Positions 1 to 12,129 are shown, counted from the first letter of the whole stretch. The stretch is 63,048 nucleotides of DNA, filler included, from Globobulimina sp. (GCA_003354225.1; 31 parts of 31 records of this genome joined end to end with filler, not necessarily neighbours in it), one strand, 5' to 3'. The notes: generated from the letters alone by a model not told the origin. Numbers and translations are program-made.

Positions 1-458
1 TTTTTAATTTATTGTATGTGATTGTGATCGAACACTTATTTTAAATCTTTACCATCCAAATATCTATGATATGAACACAATTCCTTCTTGTGCGAGGATA
101 AAAAAAATAGGATTCTGATTACTCAATACATGTTTCTAAATAATCGCACTTGTTTTCAGCATCAGATTTTTATGATTCTAAGAAACGAACGCAAACCTAT
201 ATAATGTTTAGTCAGTCACCAAAAACGGTTTGCTACGACCGTTCCCAATAAAAATATGACGATGAAAACCGGATTCTCTTTGAAAGAATTATTTATGAGA
301 ATAGAATTTGAAACACCTTCAAATTCTATTCTTCAATTATTTAGAACGTGTGTTATTGGACTAGTCATCATCTCCCATTATCGATGCCAAAACGAGACAC
401 AATGTTTTGAAGTGATCTAGTCATTAAAATACATTTTAAAATTAATTGTTTGGAAAGT

Positions 459-1386
459 TTATAGTTGTGCAATATCGATAGCTTGTTTTGTAGTAATTCT
501 ATGTCCAATTCGTTTATTAATTTTCTTCTGAACATAAGCAGAAATATTTGAATTTCTTCGATCGAGTTGTTTCTCGATTCCATATTTTTTCCGCGCAACT
601 CTCTGCTTCCATTTTTTTCGGGATCTCATTTTTTTTTATATTTTTGCTTTAATTTATTTTTCATAAATCTCAAATCCGTTTTTACTTTTTCTCCTCGCAA
701 TCGTGCCATGGCACAATTTGCCAAATGGTCGTCAATAAGCACTTTCTTATTATTTTGATTCGGTCCCCGTTTCTTTTGAATTATTTTATCCCTTCTTTTC
801 AATGCTTTTAATAAATGTCGATCCGATATTTTCTTATTTGATTGACCGGTCCGTATAAATTTTTCTTCGTCGATTTGTTTGCCTAATTCTGGCGTTACGA
901 TGTTACCAAAATCTAAATCCATTGATTGCACATTCGTTTTTTTTACGGCTTTTTTTTCTTTTTTTTTCTTTTTTTTTTTATTTTTATCTTTATCATCAAT
1001 GAATAAATTATTTTCTTTCATGAAACCTAAAACATCCTCCTCCGGTTTTTTATTTTTATCGTTTTTTGAATCTTTCATGGCTTTGTCCAATAATTTACGC
1101 TGTTTCATTAATGACATATTTTTTGTATTATTATAACCGAATGAGATTAGATTTGATTCTAATTCATTTTTTTTCGAAGTTAGCGAATTCTTTCGATGTA
1201 ATCTGCTTTGTTTCAATTTGTAGGATGATATTTTCATTCCACCCAATTTATTTGTTTTTAGTTGCTTTTTGTTTTTTGTGTCATTGTCCTCATCATCATA
1301 TTTATGTTGTGGTTTATTTTCTGATTTATTTTCATTATTTTGTTTAGTGTTTTTTGTTTTCCTTTTATTGTTTCGTTTTTTGCCAT
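459..1386 (-). CDS. SURF6: Surfeit locus protein 6 / Rrp14-like nucleolar protein, with two apparent 1-nt frameshifts in A-runs
   Basis: Lys-rich ORF ending AMARLRGEKVKTDLRFMKNKLKQKYKKK. Adding one A in the run at 629-637 continues KMRSRKKWKQRVARKKYGIEKQLDRRNSNI, matching the SURF6 C-terminal pattern. Adding one A at 1376-1381 puts ATG 1386 in frame (MAKKRNNKRK). Confidence 0.75.
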
Positions 1387-1939
1387 GAAAAACAGTTCCA
1401 AAATCTATAATTAATTCATATTAATTGTTAAAATGTATGGCGATGGTAAATGCTTTTAAAAAATTACATACAGTCTTCAAATGAAGTCAGCGAAGCCATT
1501 GTGTTTGGCCAAGTACAAGTACAAAAAATTGAATAATCCGTAGTATTTAATGACAATCAATAGTTGATGCGGCTTATGTAATATGTATTTTTAATCGTAT
1601 ACAGGATTATAAAATTGGATGGCGTCGTTTTATAACGGGAAACTATCTAATTTAGAGTTATAAAATAACAAAGTAAACAAAGATAATTAGTTATAAGATT
1701 GTATAATAAATAATAATTATTAATTAACATACTTAAACTGTGTCAAACTAAAAGTACAATTTGGTTGATGTACAGGAAATGTTTGAAAATGATATAATTG
1801 CGGCGGCCATATATTCCTCAATAACTTATCTTTATTTGATTCTGATAACACAAAATGCGATGTATTGGCTCCCATTTTACAGTCAACAAACATTTTCATA
1901 TCAAATCCCCACGTTTTTGATTTTATATAGGCATAACCT

Positions 1940-2039
1940 NNNNNNNNNNNNNNNNNNNNNNNNNNNNNNNNNNNNNNNNNNNNTTAATTAATTAANNNNN
2001 NNNNNNNNNNNNNNNNNNNNNNNNNNNNNNNNNNNNNNN
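1940..2039. other. Artificial contig spacer N44-TTAATTAATTAA-N44 (first of 30)
   Basis: The same 100-bp spacer recurs starting at 3978, 6016, 8054, 10092, 12130, 14168, 16206, 18244, 20281, 22318, 24355, 26392, 28429, 30466, 32503, 34540, 36577, 38614, 40651, 42688, 44725, 46761, 48797, 50833, 52869, 54905, 56941, 58977 and 61013. Contig lengths fall from 1939 to 1936 bp. Confidence 0.99.
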
Positions 2040-2581
2040 TCCGGATTGGAATCTTTTGACCAGGCCCCACTCCATGGATTACTATCCTTTTTCTGCTCAG
2101 TTTCAGGGTTTTCACCTTCTTTCTGCTCTGTTTTTTTATTTTCATCCAATGCTTTTTGAAAACCTACGCCCGCAAACTGAGAGAATGAGTCTGTTGTGTT
2201 GTTATTTGGAATGGTTTCTTTGTTGGAGGTTTGCGATAATGTGTCTGTTGTAGATATATTTGAGATATTCGACGACTGTCTAACCCACGAATTGTCGCCG
2301 AAGGTAAAGTCTGAAGCTTTAAATTTCCATTTATCTGTTTCTGATGTGTTGGATTGATCGTTTTTTTTAGAGTTTTGGTTCGATTTCGATTTTGCTTTTG
2401 CTGTGTTATCATTTTCATTTTTGTTGTTTGTGTTTGTGTCATTGTCAATGTCATGATTGATGTTTATGTCATTTACGGAGGGATTTGTGCTGTCGTCATT
2501 TAATTTCCTTTTTTTGGCGTTTGGTACGGATTCGGAAATGTCTGTGTCTGTATCTGCCAAGACACGTTTTTTGGACGCCAT
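2040..2581 (-). CDS. N-terminal fragment of a low-complexity nuclear protein (possibly Nup50/RanBP-like)
   Basis: Bipartite NLS-like MASKKRVL..PNAKKRKL and FTFG / FAGVGF motifs. Runs off the contig. Confidence 0.5.
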
Positions 2582-2623
2582 GATAAATAAATGTGTTGTT
2601 CAACTAAAGAGTTTTAACTTACA

Positions 2624-3977
2624 ATGGCAGAAACTTCAGAGAAATTGGAATTTGCACTGTTGAATGCAGATGACATGAATCAACCAAATAATGCTGACAA
2701 TACAGATGATATTAAACAAGAAGATGAAGCAAATGAAGAAACTGACAGTTCAAGTGATTCTGAACAAGATGATATCCCATTCATTAAAGAAACAAAATCC
2801 GCAAAATCAAAAAGAACAAAACGAAAAACGATTGAGGACGAACCACAATATAAAGTTGAGCATATTTATATTTTTTAAACTGTAAAACTGCTATTTTGGG
2901 GAAACATTTTATTTAATTTTACTTAATAAAAATGGATACACTTTCTATACAGACATGGTTTTCCATCACTTGTGATATATTCCAAATTGATTTGAACCAA
3001 CAACAGTACCATGCACATATTCGAATGAATATTTTCTGGAACGATCGAGAGATTGTTCGACGATATAAAGACGAGGAAAAACAACGGAAACGAAAACACC
3101 AACGCAGTTTTAAACAATTCTTATTTGAGATGAATAAACATTTTGGTTATTTTCTTCCAATGGATATTATTCAAATGAAAAATTTTAAAAATGCAGTGAG
3201 TATGGTGAATGATATTGAAACTGTTCATTTGTATGTACATAAATCTGAGAAAGGTGATATTCCGCAAATGGTTGTTACATTTGATGGGATATTATCTGAG
3301 CAGTTTGAAATGAGCAACTATCCATTTGATAAACAATTTATTAATGTTCGGGTATCGTTTAATGTAACAGCTCAGCATAAATTTCGTATTTCAACGACCA
3401 AACCAGGTTTTATGTTTTTGTCTGACTGTACACGTCATACTGTAACGTTTCTGATGTTTTCTAAAAGGTTTTGTAGCTTTTAAAGAGGGCATGATTACTT
3501 TACTTTGTTGAAGGCCTCAAAGGGCGATGCTTTGACTGATTGGGACTTATTAGAACCATGGATTGATTTGCATCATTTTGAGGAGGAATGTTTTCTGATT
3601 CGACTACGATTGCAACGTAAACCAAGTTTAGTTATTGTTCGAATCATTGTACCTTTGCTTATTGTGAGTGTTGCGCCATTTGTGTTGTATGCATTGGATG
3701 TGACTGAATATGCGGACAGATTATCAATTTTAGCAACATTATTATTGACATTGGTTGCATTCCATAGTTTGTTGAATGATTCATTGCCACCTTCGGAGTT
3801 ATCAACAATTGATTGGTATATTATAATATCGTATCTATCAATGCTTGTGTTGGGTGTTGGTGTTTGTTTATCAGATGAGGACAATAAGCAATTTCCATTT
3901 AAATTGGCTTCGTATATTTCTGGTGGATTGATATTTATTGCTGCAATTTATTTATTTTTATGGAGATGGATTAAATT
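2624..3977 (+). CDS. Pentameric ligand-gated ion channel, Cys-less (Pro-loop, GLIC/ELIC-like), multi-exon, 3' partial
   Basis: ORF pieces 2624, 2932 and 3505. Loop FEMSNYPFDKQ, M1 IVRIIVPLLIVS, M2 ADRLSILATLLLTLVAF, LPP, M3 LSTIDWYIIISYL and M4. Intron boundaries (~2854-2952, ~3408-3487) are approximate. Confidence 0.85.
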
Positions 3978-4077
3978 NNNNNNNNNNNNNNNNNNNNNNN
4001 NNNNNNNNNNNNNNNNNNNNNTTAATTAATTAANNNNNNNNNNNNNNNNNNNNNNNNNNNNNNNNNNNNNNNNNNNN

Positions 4078-4819
4078 TACATACAATCGCTGCAAAAATA
4101 TATTGCATTGGCGTCAATTCCAACGACGATCCAAATTGTAACCAGTTTATTTTCGAGGTGCTCACAATCCAATTTCCAATCTCCTCACTGCTACGACCAG
4201 TGGTCAATTAATATTGATATTTGTTGGCGATGGTTTTGAAGAATTTGTTTAATGGGATTTCCTTCTTTGTTTTGGTGGGTGGCACCATGATTAAACTCGG
4301 TGCCGTGGATAAGCCTAATTTTTGAAATACATTACGGTTATTTGCAAAATCTGCATTTAAAATAAACACATCCATATTGTCAGGGTCTGCGAATGGATTT
4401 GCATCCTCGTCATCGTTGCGTACTATTTTGTGTCGTTGTTCTTCAACGATTTTGGAGAGTTCTTGGATGGATGGATGTAATTGTTCGCACGGTTGACAAT
4501 TGCCGGATGATAAGGCGGTTAAAATGAGGAAGGAATAATAAGGGCGCGGGCCACGAGTTATTAATTTCTGTTAATTTCGGTTGTTTTTTATGCAATGTGA
4601 TGTGTGATGTGTTGGAAAAAGTGATTGTACCTCAAAATCTGAGCCAGAAACATCTATTAAACCTGGAATTTTATTGCTTCCGGTTGCTACTCGTTGTATC
4701 ATTACCGAGAGTTTATCACGAGATAAGTCTAGTATTTCATCAGAGATTGCTAATGGTTTATGGCATAGTAATGAGATTATAAAAACAATAAAACTCATCC
4801 ATAAACCGCTGGATGCCAT
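4078..4819 (-). CDS. OST3: Oligosaccharyltransferase OST3/OST6 (MAGT1/TUSC3) family subunit, 3' partial, in-frame TAA at 4208-4210
   Basis: Signal peptide and intron 4568-4630. Exon 2 reads KLITRGPRPYYSFLILTALSSGNCQPCEQL (CxxC thioredoxin-like), FQKLGLSTAPSL and SSEEIGNWI, then the start of a TM helix. Confidence 0.8.
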
Positions 4820-4926
4820 GGTTTAAGCTAATAAAGCTATTGTATATAAAGTTTTGTACTAACACTCAAATAATCACATTATCACAAACCGCTGCCCAAA
4901 ACAAAAACAATTCGTACATAATACAG

Positions 4927-5931
4927 TCATTTTGCAAGTAATCGCAGTAATTTTTGATCATAGACAGTGAGTTTATTTAAAAACAGTTTGTTAAAAAACA
5001 CTTGTCCTCGGTAATGAAAATGCGAATTTTTCCGATTGCCATCAGTATGTAAATCATGCCACGCATTGGGTCCATCTCTAAACTCAACGCCCAACACAGG
5101 ACAATGATCTCTTGCTTCCTCTGTTATTTTATCCATATATTGAAATCCATGCTGTTCAAATTTATAAATCCACCATTCCGACGGATGCACATTGACATGA
5201 TGCCAACCTCCCCACTCACTATGCGTTACAAACAATATCTTTGCCGCCTTAAATGTGGCCAAATAATTATCCATATATTCCTCCGTAACATGCTCCAAAA
5301 ATTCTGCACTCCACACCATGTCATACACTTTATTCGGCCAAAAAGGCCCCAGCGTATAATCGTGATGCATGGAAATATCCGGCACCAAACTATTCTTTAT
5401 CGCATCCAATGAGCCTTCCACGCATAGCACATCGCTGATATTTGCGTGTTTGTTGAAATAAATGGTCGAACAGCCAACGCCGCAGCCAATGTCCATCACG
5501 GATGAAATATTAAATGTATCAATGGCCCAATCCCATAATTCGCGCTCATAAGTATCGCTATCATTTAATTTCCAACCGCCTAAATGTTGAGCGTCTTTAT
5601 CTGCGCCGCCATATAAGACACCTTTACTTTTCCTCTGCTGTTCAAGTTGAATGAGTTTCGCTTCAGCCACTAACTCTTTCTTTGGTGGTTTGTTCTTTTC
5701 GGGTGGGAATATATCCGAATTTATGACGGATTCGATGTCCTTGTAATAAACCCAAGGTACGATGTTTGCGATTTGTTGCGCCGACGGCAAATACTTAGTA
5801 TTAATATTGAGTGCTGCCGTGTCGGTGTCAGGACTGGCAAGTAATAAATGTGAAAGTATTAAATATGTGCAAAAGCCAGCTATAAAGCCAAAGAACACAG
5901 ATTTAGTGTTCAACTTCAAACGAAACGCCAT
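4927..5931 (-). CDS. Type II membrane class I SAM-dependent methyltransferase (probably Golgi/glycan-modifying)
   Basis: N-terminal TM helix, motif I SVMDIGCGVG, and YDMVWSAEFLEHV. Probable ATG at 5931. Confidence 0.8.
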   Translation of the reverse strand: MAFRLKLNTKSVFFGFIAGFCTYLILSHLLLASPDTDTAALNINTKYLPSAQQIANIVPWVYYKDIESVINSDIFPPEKNKPPKKELVAEAKLIQLEQQRKSKGVLYGGADKDAQHLGGWKLNDSDTYERELWDWAIDTFNISSVMDIGCGVGCSTIYFNKHANISDVLCVEGSLDAIKNSLVPDISMHHDYTLGPFWPNKVYDMVWSAEFLEHVTEEYMDNYLATFKAAKILFVTHSEWGGWHHVNVHPSEWWIYKFEQHGFQYMDKITEEARDHCPVLGVEFRDGPNAWHDLHTDGNRKNSHFHYRGQVFFNKLFLNKLTVYDQKLLRLLAK

Positions 5932-6357
5932 GGTCAAAAAGTTCAGTAAAGTCCTGCAAAAATAACAACAATAATCAAAATAACACAAATATGCACACTG
6001 GCAATAATCCAAACANNNNNNNNNNNNNNNNNNNNNNNNNNNNNNNNNNNNNNNNNNNNTTAATTAATTAANNNNNNNNNNNNNNNNNNNNNNNNNNNNN
6101 NNNNNNNNNNNNNNNTAAAAAAAAAACTGCCAACTGCACTTGCACGTGCACTCCGATCATGTCAAACAGAAACTGAACAATTCCTAAAAAAACAACCGAT
6201 ACATACTAGTACCCTATCAACAACAAACTACTCTAAACTCATAAAAACATATATCAAATGTACGTACACTATATCCATCACACAAACACTAAACATCACA
6301 TCACACCACACCACACCACACATTTCCAGGTCTTCTACCACCACAAAACGCGTGCAA

Positions 6358-7936
6358 ATGAGTAAAAGCATAAATAAAAGCAACTCGAACAAGGAAGAAT
6401 TAAAAAAGGACGAGAACGAGGAACACGAAGCAGACACAATAATGGTTTTTGATAACAAAGGACAGGTTATTTATAAGCAAAAAAGTAGCCACAGAGCCGG
6501 CGATGCAGTCGACGACGATGACCATCCCGACCATAAATTAATTATTTTAGTATTCATATCGCGACTCATTCCCGTTTCAGCCGCCCTCATCGCTTTTTGT
6601 TACATTCTTTATCTAATTGCAAACGCAGATAATTGGAGCACTGATTCCAACTCTCCCGACGCAGAGATATTGCGACGCGAAGCCAGTAGAGGTATAAACG
6701 CATAATTATAACATATGTTATTTTGCAATATAATGTATATATGTTTTTAGGTGTATTTGTATCTGTACTTATTGCAATTTTATTAAATTGTATCGGCGCA
6801 TTTATGTTTTATATTCGTGTGAGAGAGTCGTTGGTGGTCATTAATTACGGTTTTATCTTAGGTCCGGTCATTGGTTTCATGTTAGACCAAGGCATTGGAA
6901 CCGACGCCGGCTTCAAACACTTTATGACTGCGGCCGGATTTGCCTTTACTTTCTCCAGTTTGATTGGAGGCAATTTCATGAGATACATTGTCACCGTATT
7001 TCTTGACCTATTCATTTCAAATCCACTTCAGGATGTTCTTAAGACTCAGGTTAAAAATATTGGCGTTATTGACGTATTGAACGAGACCACGAACAGAAAA
7101 GATGGAGAAGCAAAACATAAATATTTAAGGCATGATTTAATAACATTTTACAGCATTAAATCATATCAAATATGTACTAATTTCCATATGCTTATGCTGT
7201 ACATTTGTAATATTAAATTTGTGTAAATTTGATATGATTTAATGTTGTAATTATGGCTAAAAATATATATATAAAAAGGAAATATGACCGCTTCGTAGCG
7301 TTGAATTTCCCATCGATTTTGCAATCGATTGTGGCATTCGTGACCTTCAATGCCTACACAAATCAGACGCGCTTTGCGTGGGCGTATCCCGCGTTGGCCT
7401 TAGACCGCGAATTGCGAATTCCGCCGGGAACCATTATGCTTTCCACAGCCATTGCGGGCATTTTATATTTGAATTTTTATACCATAATGGACTATATCTC
7501 GGTGCGCGAATACTTTGATGTCAACACAAAATTAGGATATGTGATAGCGATCTTAGGCCTTTTATACGGCTTAAATCAGACAGAAAGCATCGAGGCTCCG
7601 GTTGAGGGCGAATTTGATAAAGAATATACGAAGCCACTTGCGAACGCAAAGCCGTATTTAGGAATATTAATGTTTACTTGTTTTGTGCTTTATGGCTTTG
7701 TGTATCCGATATGGACACGGTTGGGATGTTGCGGCAGATGCAAACCAAAAGAAGCGGAGAGTGAAGAAACTGATCATATAACGCAGGCGGCGGAGGCGGA
7801 GGATTCGGAAATGGATAAACATGGACATGGGATAAGTGAGGAAATGTTGCGGCGGATTAAGATGGAAATTCGAATGGAGGTTAAGAAGGAAATGGAGGCT
7901 CAGAGGACGAATAATGTGCAGGCGTATGATATTTAA
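6358..7936 (+). CDS. Multi-pass membrane protein of unknown function, three exons
   Basis: ORF pieces 6352, 6723 and 7253 separated by AT-rich intron-like segments. About 7-8 hydrophobic helices. Confidence 0.7.
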
Positions 7937-8273
7937 ATGGGTGAATGGCATTTTTTTGTTGATTGTAAAAAGTTTGTGAATGTGACTTAAATGTGGCTGT
8001 GATATTTATATACACAAATATGTGATGAATATATTTGTGTGTCGTAATCATTTNNNNNNNNNNNNNNNNNNNNNNNNNNNNNNNNNNNNNNNNNNNNTTA
8101 ATTAATTAANNNNNNNNNNNNNNNNNNNNNNNNNNNNNNNNNNNNNNNNNNNNTTTAATATATCAATCCACAAAAAAAAAAACACTTTGTTGAGCTTGTA
8201 ACATAAAAAGAACAAATAAATAAGAAAATAAAATCAATAAAAATACAAAGAAAAAACAATGCATAGGCATGGA

Positions 8274-10012
8274 TTACATGGACCAATTATTATTATTATT
8301 AAATGCAGATTGCTGCGCTTGTGCATGTTGTACATGTTGCTGTAGATACGGATGATTGCTATGATTGCCGTGGTTCACCTCATTTGAGCAGACACTCATA
8401 ACCGAGGCCGCCACCGACACCGTACATTTGCCATTGCTATTCACATTATTCTGGTTATGGTTGTTATTAATATTATGGCTAAATATACTCGAACTCATTT
8501 CCGATTTATTATCCTCATTTTTGGGCGAATTATTGCTCGAATTGCATGCATTCTCAGCACCAACAGTCTTATTCGTATTATTGGGGAACGGGAACCCGTT
8601 AATTCCCTCCACTGCGTACGGTGTAATTGACGAATTATCGCAAATAAATCCGTTGATGTTATTGATATTAAATGGTTGCAACTCTTTGGGTGTTTTGGCC
8701 AACTCATCCAATGGTATTTGTGCTTGATTTTGACTCTGATTATTTTGGTTATTATCCGATGGAGAAACAAGTTTATTCGTTCCAGTCTTACTCGACACGC
8801 TCATATTATTCATAATGTCTTCCTCGTCATCCACCATATTCTGCGGCGACAATGGCGGCGGTGGCTGACTTTGCTGTGGTTGTTGTGGCTGATTTGCATG
8901 TTGTAATAACTCATTTTGTTGCCGTAATAAGTGCTGATACTGTGTCAACAATGTCTGATATTGCGATTTCCAGTGGTCGCGCTCCGCCGAATATTTGATA
9001 TTTAATTGTTTGATTTCGACTGAATCTCGGTTCAAATCACCATTTACTTTCAATAAGTCGCTGATTTTAGACATATATTGCAAACACTGCCGACACTGCG
9101 CATTGTTGATATTATTCATATTCATGTCAATCATGTGCATATTATTCATATTATTCATGTTATTGCACGTATTCATGCTCATATTGCACGTATTCATCGT
9201 GTTCATGGTGTTCATATTCATCATCATGGTGTTGGGATTGGTGTTCATTGTCAGGGTCTGATTATATTTTGTTTTCGTAGGGATACAATTGACAGAAACA
9301 GGGGGTGGGATTTGTTGCTGTTGCTGGGATTGTTGCTGTTGTTGCTGATATGGATCCATATTATTTGTATTCGTATTGATGTTTTTGGGATAAGTTAAGG
9401 TGATGTCCATCAACAATGGCTGTGGGAAGGGCAAGGTGCCATTGTTCATATTATTCATCCCATTCATGCCGCTCATGTTGATGTTGTTGATGTTATTTAT
9501 ATGATTCAAGTCCATTATATTCATATTGCTGTCATATGTTTGCTCGTTCTTCCATGCGTTGTTATACCCGTTGTTGTTCTCCATTTGTTGCTGTCGCGAT
9601 GGTGGATACATATTATTATTATTGTTGTCATAGTCGTATCCATTGTTGGTGTAATTAATTTGCGCAATGGACGTATCATTGACAATGCCCACTTTCGTGT
9701 CATTGGCATACATTGCTTTTATATGTTGAAACATCTGCAATAATTTATCTTTTTTTTCCTGCACAGCACCGTATTTTATGTGCGGTGTTGGTGCGAATTT
9801 GCGATGTGAGTATATATAGAAAGTAAGGCAACAAAACTTTGATAAGTCTCTGCCATAAATCTTTTTTTTTGCGCGATTTGGTGTCATATGTCCTCAATTC
9901 GCCATCGCCGAAATACGACACTAATTTCTTACGTAGGCCGGCCTTGGCATATTGGAAAGAAGTACGCAAAAATACTTCATTGCTGCCTGAGCGCTGTGTG
10001 CTGAATACAGAG
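8274..10012 (-). CDS. Asn/Gln/Met-rich protein with a coiled coil (putative transcription regulator), 5' partial, 1-nt frameshift at ~9750-9757
   Basis: The 537-aa ORF is preceded in another frame by a helical segment (YAKAGLRKKLVSYF..DLWQRLIKVLLPYF). The two join at an A-run. Confidence 0.6.
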
Positions 10013-10326
10013 GTTATGGCAGTCTCTAATAACTATATTTTAATATTATTATAATGTAATATGTCATGCAAATGGCGTGTTGTCCATATACNNNNNNNNN
10101 NNNNNNNNNNNNNNNNNNNNNNNNNNNNNNNNNNNTTAATTAATTAANNNNNNNNNNNNNNNNNNNNNNNNNNNNNNNNNNNNNNNNNNNNTGAAGTATT
10201 TCAAGCTATTGAATAACTATACTTGCATACTAAACATACCCTGTATAATAATTAACTATATCCCATAATCTGTCTTGAGATCAAACTAGTACTGATGCTT
10301 TCCAACAAAACTATTCAAAAATTGAG

Positions 10327-10572
10327 ACTAAACGATATATTCAAAAAGATAACCCCTCCCCTGGTCGATAAGTTGTATACATTTTATTCAATTATCTGAG
10401 AAACGCTTTACAAATCCAGAAACTGTTTTCTATAGGTTTGTCTTGGGTTTTTTCTGTGTTTGCTATAACTTTGTCTTGGGTTTGCAAATCGAGAACAAAG
10501 TCAGAACAAATTTATAATTGAAATTTTCGGTATACAAAGGGGGTGGTTATCTTTTGGAATATATCGTTTAGT
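10327..10572. mobile_element. MITE-like element with ~35-bp terminal inverted repeats
   Basis: Left ACTAAACGATATATTCAAAAAGATAACCCCTCCCCT (10327-10362) matches the reverse complement of 10538-10572, ACTAAACGATATATTCCAAAAGATAACCACCCCCT. The interior is non-coding with a duplicated TGTCTTGGGTTT. No clear TSD. Confidence 0.75.
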
Positions 10573-10583
10573 TACTTTAGATC

Positions 10584-12129
10584 ATGGACGTTGAATCGCT
10601 GTTAGCAATCATCGTAGCGTCCTCCTCATTTCTCAGTGGTTTCATTACATTGGTTATATTTTGCAAAAAAAACAAAAAAACAGCAAGTATTGATGATGAT
10701 GAAACTGATTCGGAAACATCGCGGGGAGACTCCGTATCAGCACGTTTGCCCTCATTAATAACAATCGAAATACTATTATTGCTGTGGTATTTAATGTGTT
10801 GCACACCGTTAATGTTATTGTTTTGGTTTTACCTTCCAACCCATTACGGACCGCAACCAAACGTCAGCGCCGACATATACAATATAATAGCTTCGACTTT
10901 ATTCGTCATATCGTTCATTCCAATGTACACAACGCATATTATACGTATATGGCTTTTAAAACTTAAATTCCATATCACCTCATTGTCGATGTTAAATCAA
11001 TTGGGAATGATAAAATGGAAAGACATTCGCGCTACGATATGGACAAAAATATATTACACTCATAAGTGGTCGCACAATGTAAAAATGCTAATCACCATTT
11101 CCATTATATTCGATATCATATTAACTTCAATATATTCGATGTTATTATCCATTGATATTGGATACAAATTGTATTTAGATGTTATAATATTTGGTATGTT
11201 GAAACTATGATGAATTATTGGCATATAGTCACTAAAAGAATGCAACGATCCATACAAAATATTTCGCGAAGAGGTACGTGTAAACTGTAAAAAAAAACAT
11301 ATCAATACAATAAAAAAAAACAAAAAACAGATAATAATTCTATCCGTTTGGTTTTTTGCGTTGGCAGCATATGCTATTTTTTATTACTTGTTATGGGATA
11401 ATTTCTTAGTTTTATTTTTCACCGACTCCAACTGGACAATTGTTGTTACGTTCTTTGGTGCTGTGGCTGCTTTAATATCCATTGTAATACACTTTTATTT
11501 CAATAACAAATCCATTCAAACCATACATAACAACCTGCCATCATTAGGCATTATCGTTTCTACCAAGGAAGGATTGCAAACGTTTCTGCGTTTTTTAGTC
11601 ACCGAGCTTTCTGTAGAAAATCTAGGTTTGTCACATATGCATAAAACATACAAACAAATATATAAAACACACAAAAACCAAATAATTTGCAGAATTTTTT
11701 ACGTTGTCTATGCGATGGAGACATCGTTTGGTTTTACGCGATCTGCGTAGAGAAAAAAGGAAATCTGTGAAACGTACACAATTCGCGTTCAATCAGCCAC
11801 AATCAGAGGCAGTATCCGCCAGCATTCTTGATTTCAAAATAGCAAATACAATGACTCCAACATCGACAGCAACAGCTGCAGAAACACCCACTGTACAGTT
11901 AATTTAGTATTTGTTTTTTCAGCGTCAGAAAATGTTACACATGTTTTATTTTGTTGCTTGTTGACGTTTTATAAGATGCATAACGCCGCATACTGCAAAC
12001 AGCGATAAAACGGGCATTAAATTGGCACATATATGGCAAGAAACCAGAAATACGTACGGTAAACCTTAAAGTAGAGCGTCTGTCTTTGTACCAATTGTGC
12101 TGCAAATACCATTAATTTGCAAAAACAAT
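10584..12129 (+). CDS. Multi-TM (7TM-like) protein fused to an RGS domain, multi-exon, 3' partial
   Basis: Several hydrophobic helices, then IVSTKEGLQTFLRFLVTELSVENL, matching the RGS N-terminal consensus (G..F..FL..E.S.ENL). Exon boundaries are approximate. Confidence 0.7.

Noticed and set aside
1940-2039. TTAATTAATTAA recurring about every 2037 bp as a biological repeat or nanochromosome boundary
   Set aside because: It is embedded in N-runs, encodes stops in six frames and separates length-sorted contigs whose genes are cut at the edges. It is an assembly linker, and no telomeric repeats are present.
4078-4819. Ciliate-type TAA/TAG-to-Gln genetic code
   Set aside because: Long ORFs are stop-free in the standard code, and TAA terminates PCNA, P450, the Rab and others. 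Only one clear internal TAA was seen.
8365-9743. Many antisense and alternative-frame ORFs here and elsewhere in the track
   Set aside because: They are shadows of low-complexity or GC-richer coding sequence on the other strand or frame. ORFs containing X merely run through the spacers.
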